Shown: positions 29,632 through 40,048, counted from the first letter of the stretch. The stretch is DNA of 64,000 nucleotides from Candidatus Latescibacterota bacterium (GCA_965222605.1 OZ244960.1:448001-512000); one strand, 5' to 3'. Numbers and translations are program-made. Notes: generated by a model not told the origin, from the letters alone.

Positions 29632-32001
29632 ATGCACCTGAAATCATTGTCTCAATTGACAGTTTATTTTTTTATCCTTTGGGGATCCATCTCATCCAGC
29701 ATTGCCCAGGAAGTCTCGTTAGTGTCTCAGGACACGACGGCTGCTGGCCGCTGGAGCCTTCTAACCGGCACCGCTTTTTTGAACGCCGGTGAACAGCCCT
29801 ACATAGACCGAGAAGGCAGCATGTGGTGGGGATACCAGGGCGATGTCTTTGTGCTGAAGCAGAGTCAATTGTCAAAGATAACCGTGGGATGGCGTGTGAG
29901 CGTGATATCGCAAGATTCAACAGGTGCCATGTGGTTTTTTGGACATCACAGCGATTCGCTCATTGTATCGCGTTACGACGGTACTATACGGGAGATAACG
30001 AGAACGCAAGTAAAGTGGAATTTGATTGTAAGTCCCCCGGCAGTTGTAGATGGCAAAGGGCGATTTTGGATGCGTGCCGAGCCTTTGTATAGACGCAGGT
30101 CAAGAGGCAGCTACGGCATCTTCGAGTATTCCAATGGCCGCTGGTTTCACCACACAACTGAAGCAGGACTCAGGAATGATCGTATTTACGACCTGGCCGT
30201 TGATCAAAAAGGCTATCCCTGGGCCGCGACTTACAGAAGTGTGAGCCAATACCGAGACGGGCAATGGCACAATTTTGATCATACAGACGGTTTAAGCAAT
30301 CAGAAAGTGTATCGAATTGCAGTGGGGAAAAATGGCGACATCTGGTGTACGCATGGCAATCGCAGTGATATTTCCGTTTATGATGGTGATAAATGGCGCG
30401 TGATCAATACGGATTCCGGTATGCCCTTTGGGAAAGTGCGGGCAGCACTTTGTGCGCGAGATGGCACCTTCTGGTTTGGTGTACACTATGATGATATTAC
30501 AGATCCTGAACAAAGCGGTCTGGTTCGCTTTGACGGGCAATCGTGGCTTGTGTTGACAGAAAAGGACGGATTACCGGGCAATCACGTTCTGGAAATTTTT
30601 GAACTGCTGGACGGAAAGCTATTGTTGCAGATTCCAGATCAATCACTTGTAGTATTTGAACCGGATACAACGCAATGGGCGCGTGTTTCGGGATATGTTG
30701 AAAATCGGGATGGAACCGCTATAGATTCTGTTGCTGTGTCTCTCACAACACCCAAAGGGCATGTAAAAGCGAGTACGGTAACCAATGCGCAGGGTTTTTA
30801 CGAAATGAGGGTCTTGCCCGGCGAATACAGGATTCAAGTGCCAGATGCCTGGGGTGGAGAACGCGACATAGTCGTAGCCCCTGGAGAGACTGTCAGTGGC
30901 GTGGATATTCGTCCCTTTTGGTTTGCCGATTTGGAAACGCGCAATGTCGTTTTCGGACTTGTTTTTTTGTTTTTTATAGTTATGGTGCTCGTTGGCCTGC
31001 TCTATATCGCCATCCGCACAATTGCCGTACAACCGCTCAAAGTGCCCGAACTGAGTGAAGAACACAATCCTCTCCGTCTTCGTTTTCACGGAAATGGGAG
31101 TAGCTTGTTTGGCATTTTTGTGATCAATGTGTTGCTTACACTCCTCACGCTCGGGGTGTATTATTTTTGGGGCAAGGCAAAAATCCGGCGTTATATGCAC
31201 AGCCAAACAGAATTGCACAACAGCCGATTCTCAAACCACACCACTGGCGGCGAACTCTGCATTGGCTGGATTAAAGCCATTATTTTAATCGTCACAATCG
31301 TATTGATTTCGGAAATACCTTCGTTTTTCTGGGAAGATATGACGCATGAGTGGATCACCACACTCGCGTTTTACGGGCTTCTGCTTTTTGTATTTTTGCC
31401 ACTGGCCATTGTGGGGTCCTTGCGTTTCAGGCTCAGCCGAACTTCCTATCGGGGCATTCGTTTCTCCTTCAGGGGCAATGGCAAAATATTTTTTAAAATC
31501 TATTATACCGGACTGTTAAAAACAATATTCACCCTGGGGCTATACTATCCCTATTTTGAAACGGAGATTCGCCAATTCCTGACTAATGGCGTGCGTTTTG
31601 GCACGGGGCGTTTTGAATTTGCTGGCACGGGGCGCGCCCTATTCTGGTATTTTGTGTTAAATTTGTTACTCACGCCTTTTACACTGGGTCTGTGCTGGTA
31701 TTGGTACTCAGCACTTAAGACGCGCTACTATTGGTCTTGCACGACATTCGAAGGCATTTCATTTCACTCAACCGTTGTTGGTAGTCGCCTTCTTTTCCTA
31801 AAAATCGAAAATTTTATTTTGCTCGCCATTTCTCTGGGGCTGGCATGGCCTTGGGTTGCGGTTCGCAACAACAGATTTTTGTGCGACTATCTCGTTTTGT
31901 CCGACCAACCCAATTTTTCCAGTATTGCCCAGGACTTTTCAGATGCCGGAGCAACGGGCGAAGGATTGAGCGATTATCTGGATTTCGAATTTGAGTTTTA
32001 G
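29632..32001 (+). CDS. Fusion of Reg_prop-type beta-propeller, carboxypeptidase-regulatory-like domain and DUF898/YjgN membrane domain
   Basis: Signal peptide and GLxNxxV...DxxGxxW repeats. TNAQGFYEMRVLPGEY domain. FHGNGSSLFGIFVINVLLTLLTLGVYYFWGKAK and repeated FxFxGxG units. Confidence 0.85.
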   Translation: MHLKSLSQLTVYFFILWGSISSSIAQEVSLVSQDTTAAGRWSLLTGTAFLNAGEQPYIDREGSMWWGYQGDVFVLKQSQLSKITVGWRVSVISQDSTGAMWFFGHHSDSLIVSRYDGTIREITRTQVKWNLIVSPPAVVDGKGRFWMRAEPLYRRRSRGSYGIFEYSNGRWFHHTTEAGLRNDRIYDLAVDQKGYPWAATYRSVSQYRDGQWHNFDHTDGLSNQKVYRIAVGKNGDIWCTHGNRSDISVYDGDKWRVINTDSGMPFGKVRAALCARDGTFWFGVHYDDITDPEQSGLVRFDGQSWLVLTEKDGLPGNHVLEIFELLDGKLLLQIPDQSLVVFEPDTTQWARVSGYVENRDGTAIDSVAVSLTTPKGHVKASTVTNAQGFYEMRVLPGEYRIQVPDAWGGERDIVVAPGETVSGVDIRPFWFADLETRNVVFGLVFLFFIVMVLVGLLYIAIRTIAVQPLKVPELSEEHNPLRLRFHGNGSSLFGIFVINVLLTLLTLGVYYFWGKAKIRRYMHSQTELHNSRFSNHTTGGELCIGWIKAIILIVTIVLISEIPSFFWEDMTHEWITTLAFYGLLLFVFLPLAIVGSLRFRLSRTSYRGIRFSFRGNGKIFFKIYYTGLLKTIFTLGLYYPYFETEIRQFLTNGVRFGTGRFEFAGTGRALFWYFVLNLLLTPFTLGLCWYWYSALKTRYYWSCTTFEGISFHSTVVGSRLLFLKIENFILLAISLGLAWPWVAVRNNRFLCDYLVLSDQPNFSSIAQDFSDAGATGEGLSDYLDFEFEF

Positions 32002-32005
32002 AGCT

Positions 32006-33139
32006 ATGGCACGGGATACACTCATGTGGCACGCGCACTTTTACGATGGGCAAACAGCACAGCCCCATACCGTCCAGTTAGAAGTTTTGGCGAATGGCCT
32101 CGAGGTGATATTTTCAGATCGCCCATCTGAAATTTGGGCTTACGGAAATTTTCGTCAGACCGAGGGATTTCACAGCGGAGAATTGGTCCGGTTTGAAAAG
32201 AGCGATACCTTTGGGCAAGCACTGGTAATAGACGATGTGCAAATTCTGGAGGTCATTCGAGAACGCGATCCCGCTTCGGGCTTTCACAATCCCAGGCTTC
32301 GTCGGTATCGAGTTCCTCTTGTTGGTTTTTCTCTCGTTTCTATTGTGTTTATCGTGTGGCTGCTCTACGGCTATATTTTGCCCGTGTTCATCGATGGCAT
32401 CGCACACATTGCGCCCGTTGCATGGGAAGAATCACTTGGCCGATCCGTTGTCGCATATATCGCACCCAATGAAGACCGCTGCCAGGATGCAATTTATACT
32501 GAGGTTTTTGATGAAATCGTCGGCCGTTTGACCGCGCCGGCAAACCTGCCCTATACATTTCGCATTTACGTCGTCAATGACGCCCACGTAAATGCCTACG
32601 CGCTTCCCGGCGGCTATATGGCCATTACAACCGGCTTTCTAAAGCGCGTAAAATCCGCCGAGCAAATCGCCGGTGTAATCGCACACGAGATGCAACATGT
32701 CGTGCAAAGACACGGCACCCGGGCTGTCTTGCAAGAAATGTCCACGCGCACGCTTATTGCAGCCATCTCCGGCGGTGGTGAAGGTTTGGACTACGTGCTT
32801 GACGGGGCGGCCCTGGTGGGTGCCCTGCGTTTTTCGAGAACCCACGAGTCTTCTGCTGATATCGAGGGCATGAAAATGATTCTGGATGCAAAGATCGATC
32901 CAAAAGGAATGGTCGAAGCATTTGAAATCCTTCTCAAAATAACAGGAGATATGCCAGATGGTCTGATCTATGCCTCCACCCACCCCTTGACAAAAAATCG
33001 CATTCGTTCACTATCGCCCTATTTAGATTCCCTGAAAGTCGATCCCATTCCAATCGTCTCCGATTCAACCTGGGTGCGTTTCGCGCAAGCAATTCGCGCA
33101 GGCCAGTGTCTGCGAGTGGGTGGACAGGAGGGCGAGTGA
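32006..33139 (+). CDS. M48 family metallopeptidase, the usual partner of DUF898
   Basis: Motifs FYDGQTA, NAYALPGG, AHEMQHV, FSRTHESSAD and STHP. Confidence 0.9.
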   Translation: MARDTLMWHAHFYDGQTAQPHTVQLEVLANGLEVIFSDRPSEIWAYGNFRQTEGFHSGELVRFEKSDTFGQALVIDDVQILEVIRERDPASGFHNPRLRRYRVPLVGFSLVSIVFIVWLLYGYILPVFIDGIAHIAPVAWEESLGRSVVAYIAPNEDRCQDAIYTEVFDEIVGRLTAPANLPYTFRIYVVNDAHVNAYALPGGYMAITTGFLKRVKSAEQIAGVIAHEMQHVVQRHGTRAVLQEMSTRTLIAAISGGGEGLDYVLDGAALVGALRFSRTHESSADIEGMKMILDAKIDPKGMVEAFEILLKITGDMPDGLIYASTHPLTKNRIRSLSPYLDSLKVDPIPIVSDSTWVRFAQAIRAGQCLRVGGQEGE

Positions 33140-33174
33140 TCGGCGCAGCATAACATAGCGAAAAGGAGTAAAAA

Positions 33175-34539
33175 ATGTCGACCCCCCGTCCGAATATCCT
33201 CTGGCTTTTTCTCGAAGATATGAACCCGTGGATGAGTTGTTACGGCGACCATACCATACAAACACCCAATATAGACGCGCTCGCCGCTTCGGGCGTAAAA
33301 TTTGATCGAGCATATCAAACCTCGGGCGTATGCTCGCCTTCTCGCTCAGCGACCATTACGGGAATGTATCAAACGACTATTGGCGCGCACAACCACAACA
33401 GTTCATACCCCCTTTTACCCGAAGGGATAAAGACAATACCCGAGTATTTTCGAGACGCCGGATATTACACATTTAACGAGGGCAAAACGCATTACAATTT
33501 TGTCTTTGAGTTAGATGTTTTATTTAATCACCATGGGAGCATGGATTTCAAAGGGGCAAAAAATGGCAGCGACTGGTCCGGCTGTCCACAGGGCCAACCG
33601 TTCTTTGGACAAATTCAGCTTCGGGGGGGGAAAAGCATTGGATTGCTCAAAGGATCGGGCATCGATCCCGCCTCGGTACCCGTGCCATCGTTCTATCCCG
33701 ATCACGAAATCATTCGCAGAGAAATTGCCCTGCACTACGATTGTATCTCGCACACAGACCGACAGGTGGGATGGATTTTGGAGCGATTAGAAGAAGATGG
33801 ATTGCGCGAAAATACGATCATTTTTTTATTCAGCGATCACGGGATGCGATTGCCGCGGCACAAGCAATTTATTTACGAAGGTGGCCACAAAGTCCCATTG
33901 ATCATTTCATGGCAGGGCAATACAAATGTCGTAAACCCCGGAAGCGTGCGCTCCGATCTCGTCAGTGGCATTGACATCGGCCCGACCTCCCTCGCGCTCG
34001 CCGGCCTCGATGTACCCGATTACATGGAAGGCCAAAATGTATTTGGCGAGCATACTGACTTACCCCATGTCAGCACAGGCTTCGTCGAACGCGACTACGT
34101 GATTGCCGCAAAAGACCGCTGTGATTTCACAATAGATCGCATGCGCACGGTGCGTACCCAGCGGTATCGCTATGTGCGGAACTTTATGGCAGATCGCCCT
34201 TTTATGCAGGCGCAGTACCGCGATGGATCGGATTATATGGAACTGATGCGAACCATGCACGCCAGGGGCGAACTGACGCCAGAGCAGGCATTTTTCTGGG
34301 CAGAGGAACGCATCGCAGAAGAATTTTACGATTGTGACGCCGACCCCGATGAAGTGAACAACCTCGTAGATGACCCAGACCATGCAGAAGCTTTGCAACA
34401 CCACCGCGATATTCTGACACAATGGATTGCACAGACCGGTGACAAAGGTCAATACCCCGAACCCGAAATCGGCTTGCGATGGGTGCTAAAGAAGTGGGGA
34501 GATAAATGTGTAAATCCGGAATACGATGCGATAAGATAG
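33175..34539 (+). CDS. Sulfatase
   Basis: Motifs RPNIL, CSPSRSATITG, GKTH and SDHG. Confidence 0.93.
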   Translation: MSTPRPNILWLFLEDMNPWMSCYGDHTIQTPNIDALAASGVKFDRAYQTSGVCSPSRSATITGMYQTTIGAHNHNSSYPLLPEGIKTIPEYFRDAGYYTFNEGKTHYNFVFELDVLFNHHGSMDFKGAKNGSDWSGCPQGQPFFGQIQLRGGKSIGLLKGSGIDPASVPVPSFYPDHEIIRREIALHYDCISHTDRQVGWILERLEEDGLRENTIIFLFSDHGMRLPRHKQFIYEGGHKVPLIISWQGNTNVVNPGSVRSDLVSGIDIGPTSLALAGLDVPDYMEGQNVFGEHTDLPHVSTGFVERDYVIAAKDRCDFTIDRMRTVRTQRYRYVRNFMADRPFMQAQYRDGSDYMELMRTMHARGELTPEQAFFWAEERIAEEFYDCDADPDEVNNLVDDPDHAEALQHHRDILTQWIAQTGDKGQYPEPEIGLRWVLKKWGDKCVNPEYDAIR

Positions 34540-34547
34540 GAGATAAA

Positions 34548-36248
34548 ATGACCAGACCAAATATTCTCGTGATCTTGACCGACGATCAGGGTTGGGGCGA
34601 TTTGAGTGTACACGGCAACACAAATCTCAACACGCCAAATGTGGATTCCCTCGCACGGGACGGCGCACTATTCGACCGATTTTACGTCTGCCCGGTATGC
34701 GCGCCCACGCGGGCAGAGTTTTTGACGGGACGCTATCATCTGCGCGGCGGTGTCCACGGCGTGAGCACCGGTGCCGAGCGATTAAACCTCGATGAGACCA
34801 CCATTGCCGATGTGTTCAAAGCCGCCGGATACGCCACGGGGGCTTATGGCAAGTGGCACAATGGTACGCAACATCCCTATCATCCGAATGCACGAGGATT
34901 TGACGAATTTTTTGGGTTCTGTTCCGGACACTGGGGACAATATTTCGATGCCGAACTCGAGCACAATGGCGAACTCACGCGCGGAAAGGGGTATTTACCC
35001 GATGAGTGTACAGATCGCGCGATGGATTTTATGGCGGCAAATGTCGAATGCAATCAACCGTTCTTCTGTTATCTCCCCTACAATATCCCACACACCCCAT
35101 TTCAGGTGCCCGACCGATTTTACGATCCATTCCGCGATAAACCGATTGAGATGCGAGCGACCAATCCCCATCAAGAAGACATAGACCGCACGCGAGCGGC
35201 GCTGGCTCTATGTGAAAATATCGATTGGAACGTGGGGCGATTGCTGGACAAACTCGACGAATTGGGCATCGCGGAAGATACCATTGTGTTTTATTTTGGA
35301 GATAATGGACCCAATGGTGCGCGCTGGAATGGCGGGATGAAAGGCACAAAAGGATCAGCAGATGAAGGCGGCGTGCGCGTGGCGGGCTTGATGCGCTGGA
35401 AGGGGCATATTCAAGCGGGTACAGTCATTGAAGAAATCGCCGGAGCGATTGATTTATTGCCCACATTTGCCGACCTTGTAGATATCGACCTAATAGTTGA
35501 AAAACCGCTGGATGGCCGCAGTCTCAAACCCCTGCTATTGGGCGAAGATGTCGAATGGCCCGACCGCGTCATCTTATCACACCGGGGAGCGCAATTGAGC
35601 ACGCGCAATCAGCGATTCCGATTGGACATAGAGGGCAAGTTGTACGATATGGTCGCCGATGGCGGACAGACAACAGATGTGTCGCAAAAATATCCCCATG
35701 TCCACGCAAAATTGTCAGATGCAGCAGCGAAATTTCACGCCGAAGTCTTGCCCGTCAACGACGACCGTCCCTTTGCCACGGGCTACTGGAAAATGACCCG
35801 CTTGCCCGCGCGAGACGGGGTGCATCACGGCACAGTCCAACGCAGTGCCGGCGCGCCCAATTGTTCTTACTTCACGCACTGGACACAAGTGGGTGATCGG
35901 ATGACCTGGGATATCGAAGTCGGCACAACTGGCGACTATGAAGCAGCGGTATATTATACATGCCCGGAAGAAGACGTGGGATCAACCGTAGAGTTGGCAT
36001 TTCACCCCGCGCACGGTCAGACAGCCAAAGTGCAAGGACAGGTGACCGACGCACACGACCCACCACAAATCGGTGCAGCAGATGATCGCTATCCGCGCAG
36101 AGGCGAGTCCTATGTAAAGGATTTCGAGCCATTGACATTGGGAACAATCCATCTAAACGCGGGTAGGGGAACATTGACCTTGCGCGCCCTTGACATATCC
36201 CATTCACAGGTGATGGACGTGCGGCGCGTGATGCTGATCCGCAGATGA
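34548..36248 (+). CDS. Arylsulfatase with C-terminal beta-sandwich
   Basis: Motifs RPNILVILTDDQGWGD, CAPTRAEFLTG, GKWH and DNG. Confidence 0.93.
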   Translation: MTRPNILVILTDDQGWGDLSVHGNTNLNTPNVDSLARDGALFDRFYVCPVCAPTRAEFLTGRYHLRGGVHGVSTGAERLNLDETTIADVFKAAGYATGAYGKWHNGTQHPYHPNARGFDEFFGFCSGHWGQYFDAELEHNGELTRGKGYLPDECTDRAMDFMAANVECNQPFFCYLPYNIPHTPFQVPDRFYDPFRDKPIEMRATNPHQEDIDRTRAALALCENIDWNVGRLLDKLDELGIAEDTIVFYFGDNGPNGARWNGGMKGTKGSADEGGVRVAGLMRWKGHIQAGTVIEEIAGAIDLLPTFADLVDIDLIVEKPLDGRSLKPLLLGEDVEWPDRVILSHRGAQLSTRNQRFRLDIEGKLYDMVADGGQTTDVSQKYPHVHAKLSDAAAKFHAEVLPVNDDRPFATGYWKMTRLPARDGVHHGTVQRSAGAPNCSYFTHWTQVGDRMTWDIEVGTTGDYEAAVYYTCPEEDVGSTVELAFHPAHGQTAKVQGQVTDAHDPPQIGAADDRYPRRGESYVKDFEPLTLGTIHLNAGRGTLTLRALDISHSQVMDVRRVMLIRR

Positions 36249-36420
36249 ACGCAGATGGGCGCAGATGAAAGGCAAAACCCAAAGAATCCGCAGAATGAAG
36301 GCGAGTGAGCGGTGTACAACTGGTCGCTGTCCAGACCAGTTCATTTGAGCGTTTTTCGCAGATAGACGCAGATGAAGGCGAGTGAGCGGTTTACAACTGC
36401 GACAGCAGTTCATTTGAGCA
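36237..36420. repeat. Cluster of CGCAGAT-type and hairpin repeats
   Basis: ATCCGCAGATGAACGCAGATGG.CGC.GAT, with an inverted copy at 14556-14585. Two direct copies of ATGAAGGCGAGTGAGCGGTnTACAACTG...CAGTTCATTTGAGC. Confidence 0.75.
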
Positions 36421-36442
36421 AGACGCCAGGTTGTAGCTAACT

Positions 36443-36484
36443 AAAAAATTTCACTTGACAGAGTGGAATTTTTTTCTTTATGTT
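36443..36484 (+). promoter_or_regulatory. Putative promoter of the type I RM locus with an operator-like palindrome
   Basis: TTGACA(36455)-18 nt-TATGTT. An inverted repeat AAAAAATTTCACT/AGTGGAATTTTTT brackets the -35. Confidence 0.55.
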
Positions 36485-36550
36485 GCAGGAAAGGCTTTTC
36501 TGTAATATAATTTCTCTCGCAAATGGCAACTCTTATATTTACCAGTAATT

Positions 36551-37132
36551 ATGAAATACAAACTCAAAGACATCGCCCTTGTTCAAATGGGCCTCTCCTT
36601 CCGTTCCCGTATTGAGCCGGACACGGATGGGAATGTGGCAGTCATTCAGATGCGTGATCTAACCGAAGATAAATTGAATTATGGCAATCTAATGACCATT
36701 AATATAAACGACATCAATGAACGTCATCTGGTTAAATACAAAGATATGATTTTTCGCTCTCGAGGCAAAACCACTACGGCGACAATCATTGATAAGGAAC
36801 CCGGACGGACGGTTGTCTCGGCCCCGCTATTCTTGATCCGAGTCACAAGCAAAAATGTACTTTCGGATTATCTTTGTTGGTGTATCAACCAATCCTCATC
36901 TCAAGCATTTTTACACAGCAGGGCGACCGGAACGATAATGACCATGATAGGCAAATCGGCTCTCGATGCTTTGGAAATCCCTCTCCCCAATCTGGAAATA
37001 CAGGAGCAAATCGTCACCCTCGCCGATTTGTTAAATAAGGAACAAAGGCTGATGAAAGATTTGGCAGAGCAAAAGGAAAAACTGGTCAAAGCAATTCAGA
37101 TGCAACTGGTAACTGAATCAGAAAAACCTTAA
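36551..37132 (+). CDS. Half-size HsdS-like protein (one TRD plus conserved helix)
   Basis: KLKDIA...DMIFRSRG...LEIPLPNLEIQEQIV. Confidence 0.8.
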   Translation: MKYKLKDIALVQMGLSFRSRIEPDTDGNVAVIQMRDLTEDKLNYGNLMTININDINERHLVKYKDMIFRSRGKTTTATIIDKEPGRTVVSAPLFLIRVTSKNVLSDYLCWCINQSSSQAFLHSRATGTIMTMIGKSALDALEIPLPNLEIQEQIVTLADLLNKEQRLMKDLAEQKEKLVKAIQMQLVTESEKP

Positions 37133-37161
37133 ATCACTCCCATAGAATAGGAGTTATTGAC

Positions 37162-37467
37162 ATGACTATTGGAATAGGAGGTTACAGCTTTGAAGGTCCT
37201 CTTGATGATACATCCGATCTTAGAAGCGAATCCGGAGTGTATGCCATTTTAGGGCGGCGCACGATACATCACCTCTGGACGCCTGTTGATATAGGTGCAT
37301 CGGAGGATGTGAAAAAGCGCGTAGAAAATCATGATCGAAAAAGTTGCTGGAAATCGGTAGGTTACCCCTATCAGAGTTACGCGGCTTATTACTGTAATTC
37401 AGATGACCGTACTATTATTGAGACAGAACTGCGGAATCTATATGATCCACCCTGTGGTGATCGTTAA
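37162..37467 (+). CDS. Small GIY-YIG-like nuclease-fold protein
   Basis: SGVYAIL...DIGASEDVKKRVENH...IETEL...PPC matches the GIY/YIG/R/E layout. Confidence 0.55.
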   Translation: MTIGIGGYSFEGPLDDTSDLRSESGVYAILGRRTIHHLWTPVDIGASEDVKKRVENHDRKSCWKSVGYPYQSYAAYYCNSDDRTIIETELRNLYDPPCGDR

Positions 37468-37484
37468 TAATGGAGTAACAAAAT

Positions 37485-38999
37485 ATGAATAATCAAATCC
37501 AACAAAAAGACATCAACAACGCTGCCTGGGCTGCCTGCGATACCTTTCGCGGTGTGATGGACGCAGCCGGATACAAAGATTACATCCTCGTAATGCTGTT
37601 TCTGAAATACATTTCCGATGTCTGGAAAGACCACTATGAGGAATACAAAAAAAGATACGGCGACAACGATGAACGCATCCGACGCAGGCTGGGGAATGAG
37701 CGTTTTGTATTGCCAGATGGCAGTAGCTTTTACAGCCTTTATGAGCAACGCTCGGCTGCCAATATCGGCGAACTCATCAACATCGCGCTGGAAGCGATTG
37801 AAACGGAAAACAAACAGAAACTGGAAGGTGTTTTCCGAAATATAGATTTCAACAGCGAGACAAATCTCGGCAGAACCAGAGACCGCAACCGCCGCCTGAA
37901 AACACTGCTGGAAGATTTCAACAAACCCGAATTAAATATGAGTCCCAGACGGGTTTCAGAGGATGTGATTGGCAACACCTACATCTACCTGATTGAACGT
38001 TTTGCATCTGACGCGGGGAAAAAAGCCGGTGAGTTCTACACGCCACATAAGGTATCCGAACTGGTGGCAAAACTGTGCGCTCCCAAACCCGGCGCCCGTA
38101 TCTGTGACCCCGCCTGTGGGTCTGCGGGTCTTCTTATTGAAGCCGCTCGCGTAGTGGGTGACAAAAACCACGCCCTTTACGGAATGGAAGTGAACGGTAG
38201 CACCTGGGCGTTGGCGCGTATGAATATGTTTCTGAACGGGGCCGATGCAGCCCGCATCGAATGGTGCAACACACTCACTGCCCCGGCGCTGGTGGAAGCT
38301 GACCGGCTGATGAAATTTGACAATGTGGTCGCCAATCCCCCGTTTTCGCTTAATAAGTGGGGCGCGGAAGATGCCGAGGCAGATATATACAACCGCTTCT
38401 GGCGCAGTTTGCCTCCCAAATCCAAGGGCGACTATGCGTTTATCAGCCACATGGTGGAAACGGCTTTGGAAAAACAGGGACGGGTTGCAGTTGTGGTCCC
38501 GCACGGCGTTTTGTTTCGGGGCGGCGCAGAAGGACGCATTCGCCAGCACCTCATTGAAGAAAACTTGCTCGACGCCGTCATTGGCTTGCCGGGCAATCTA
38601 TTCCCCACGACCTCAATACCAGTCGCCATTTTGGTCTTTGACCGCTCGCGTGAACAAGGGGGAGCAAATGAGAACTGCAAAGATGTTTTGTTTATCGATG
38701 CAAGCCGCGAATATCAGGCAGGCAAAAATCAAAACACATTGCTGGACGAGCACATCGAGAAAATCACCACCGCTTATAAAAAACGCCAGGATATGGACAA
38801 ATACGCCCACCTCGCCACCTTTGAAGAAATAGAGGAAAACGACTTCAACTTAAACATTCCTCGCTATGTAGATACCTTTGAAGAAGAGGAGGAGATTGAT
38901 ATTGATGCAGTACAGCTTGAGATAGAGCGATTGGAAGAGGAGTTGAGCGTGGTGCGGGGAGAGATGGGAAGATTAATGGAGGGAGTAAAACGAGCATGA
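37485..38999 (+). CDS. hsdM: Type I RM N6-adenine methyltransferase subunit M
   Basis: Motifs GEFYTP, DPACGSAG, ANPPF, PHGVLFRG and NLNIPRYV. Confidence 0.97.
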   Translation: MNNQIQQKDINNAAWAACDTFRGVMDAAGYKDYILVMLFLKYISDVWKDHYEEYKKRYGDNDERIRRRLGNERFVLPDGSSFYSLYEQRSAANIGELINIALEAIETENKQKLEGVFRNIDFNSETNLGRTRDRNRRLKTLLEDFNKPELNMSPRRVSEDVIGNTYIYLIERFASDAGKKAGEFYTPHKVSELVAKLCAPKPGARICDPACGSAGLLIEAARVVGDKNHALYGMEVNGSTWALARMNMFLNGADAARIEWCNTLTAPALVEADRLMKFDNVVANPPFSLNKWGAEDAEADIYNRFWRSLPPKSKGDYAFISHMVETALEKQGRVAVVVPHGVLFRGGAEGRIRQHLIEENLLDAVIGLPGNLFPTTSIPVAILVFDRSREQGGANENCKDVLFIDASREYQAGKNQNTLLDEHIEKITTAYKKRQDMDKYAHLATFEEIEENDFNLNIPRYVDTFEEEEEIDIDAVQLEIERLEEELSVVRGEMGRLMEGVKRA

Positions 39000-40048
39000 G
39001 CAAGAAATCCTCAAAAGATCTGACGATCCGCAGCAGCACGGCGGAATTTCTGATCTTCACCCGTCAGTCTGGTGAGGGAGGAATTGAGGTTCGCTATGAG
39101 GATGAGACCATCTGGCTGACTCAGAAGTTGATGGCAGAGTTGTTTGAAGTTACCATCCCAACGATTAACGAACATCTGAAAAACATCTTTGCGTCTGGAG
39201 AACTGACTAAAAACGCAACTGTTCGGAATTTCCGAACAGTTCAAAGGGAAGGAAATCGCGACGTAGAACGAGGTCTGGATTTCTACAATCTGGACGCCAT
39301 CATCTCGGTCGGTTATCGGGTAAACTCCAGGCGCGCCACGCAATTCCGCCAATGGGCAACCCGGGTTTTGCGCGAATTTGCGATCAAAGGCTATGTGCTG
39401 GATAAGCAGCGGTTGGAGAATGGCGCATTTCTCGGCGAGGACTATTTTGAGCGGTTGCTGGAAGAAATCCGCGAAATTCGTCTGAGCGAGCGGCGGTTTT
39501 ACCAAAAGATGACCGACATTTACGCCACCAGCATGGATTATAACAGGGATGCGCCGACCACCCGCGAGTTTTTCGCCAGAGTGCAAAACAAGCTGCATTA
39601 CGCCATTCACGGCTATACCGCAGCGGAATTGATCCGACAGCGGGCCGATAGCGGTCAGCGGCACATGGGGCTTGCCACCTGGGAGAAAGCCCCAACCGGC
39701 AAAATCCTGAAGTCTGATGTGTCTGTCGCAAAGAACTACCTGTCGAAAGAAGAACTGGAATCTCTCGGGCGTATCGTCAACGCCTATATTGACCTTGCCG
39801 AAGACCGGGCACAGCGCAAGATACCCATGACAATGGAGGACTGGTCAAAACGGCTCGATATATTTTTTGAGGCTTTTGACCGGCAGATATTGAAAGACAG
39901 CGGACAAGTCAGTGCCGAGATTGCCAAAGCCCATGCCGAAAGCGAGTTTGAGAAATATCGGATTGTTCAGGATCGTTTGTTCGAATCTGATTTTGATAGA
40001 GAAACTAAAGAATTGGAACGACAACTGGGTCGGAAAGATGAGGGGTAA
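38996..40048 (+). CDS. rhuM: Virulence RhuM family protein
   Basis: Motifs TIWLTQKLMAELF, YNLDAIISVGYRVNS, IREIRLSERRFYQK and VAKNYL. Confidence 0.9.
   Translation: MSKKSSKDLTIRSSTAEFLIFTRQSGEGGIEVRYEDETIWLTQKLMAELFEVTIPTINEHLKNIFASGELTKNATVRNFRTVQREGNRDVERGLDFYNLDAIISVGYRVNSRRATQFRQWATRVLREFAIKGYVLDKQRLENGAFLGEDYFERLLEEIREIRLSERRFYQKMTDIYATSMDYNRDAPTTREFFARVQNKLHYAIHGYTAAELIRQRADSGQRHMGLATWEKAPTGKILKSDVSVAKNYLSKEELESLGRIVNAYIDLAEDRAQRKIPMTMEDWSKRLDIFFEAFDRQILKDSGQVSAEIAKAHAESEFEKYRIVQDRLFESDFDRETKELERQLGRKDEG

Noticed and set aside
36290-36420. Possible mini CRISPR array
   Set aside because: Only two imperfect units, the would-be spacer is itself repetitive, and no cas genes are present.
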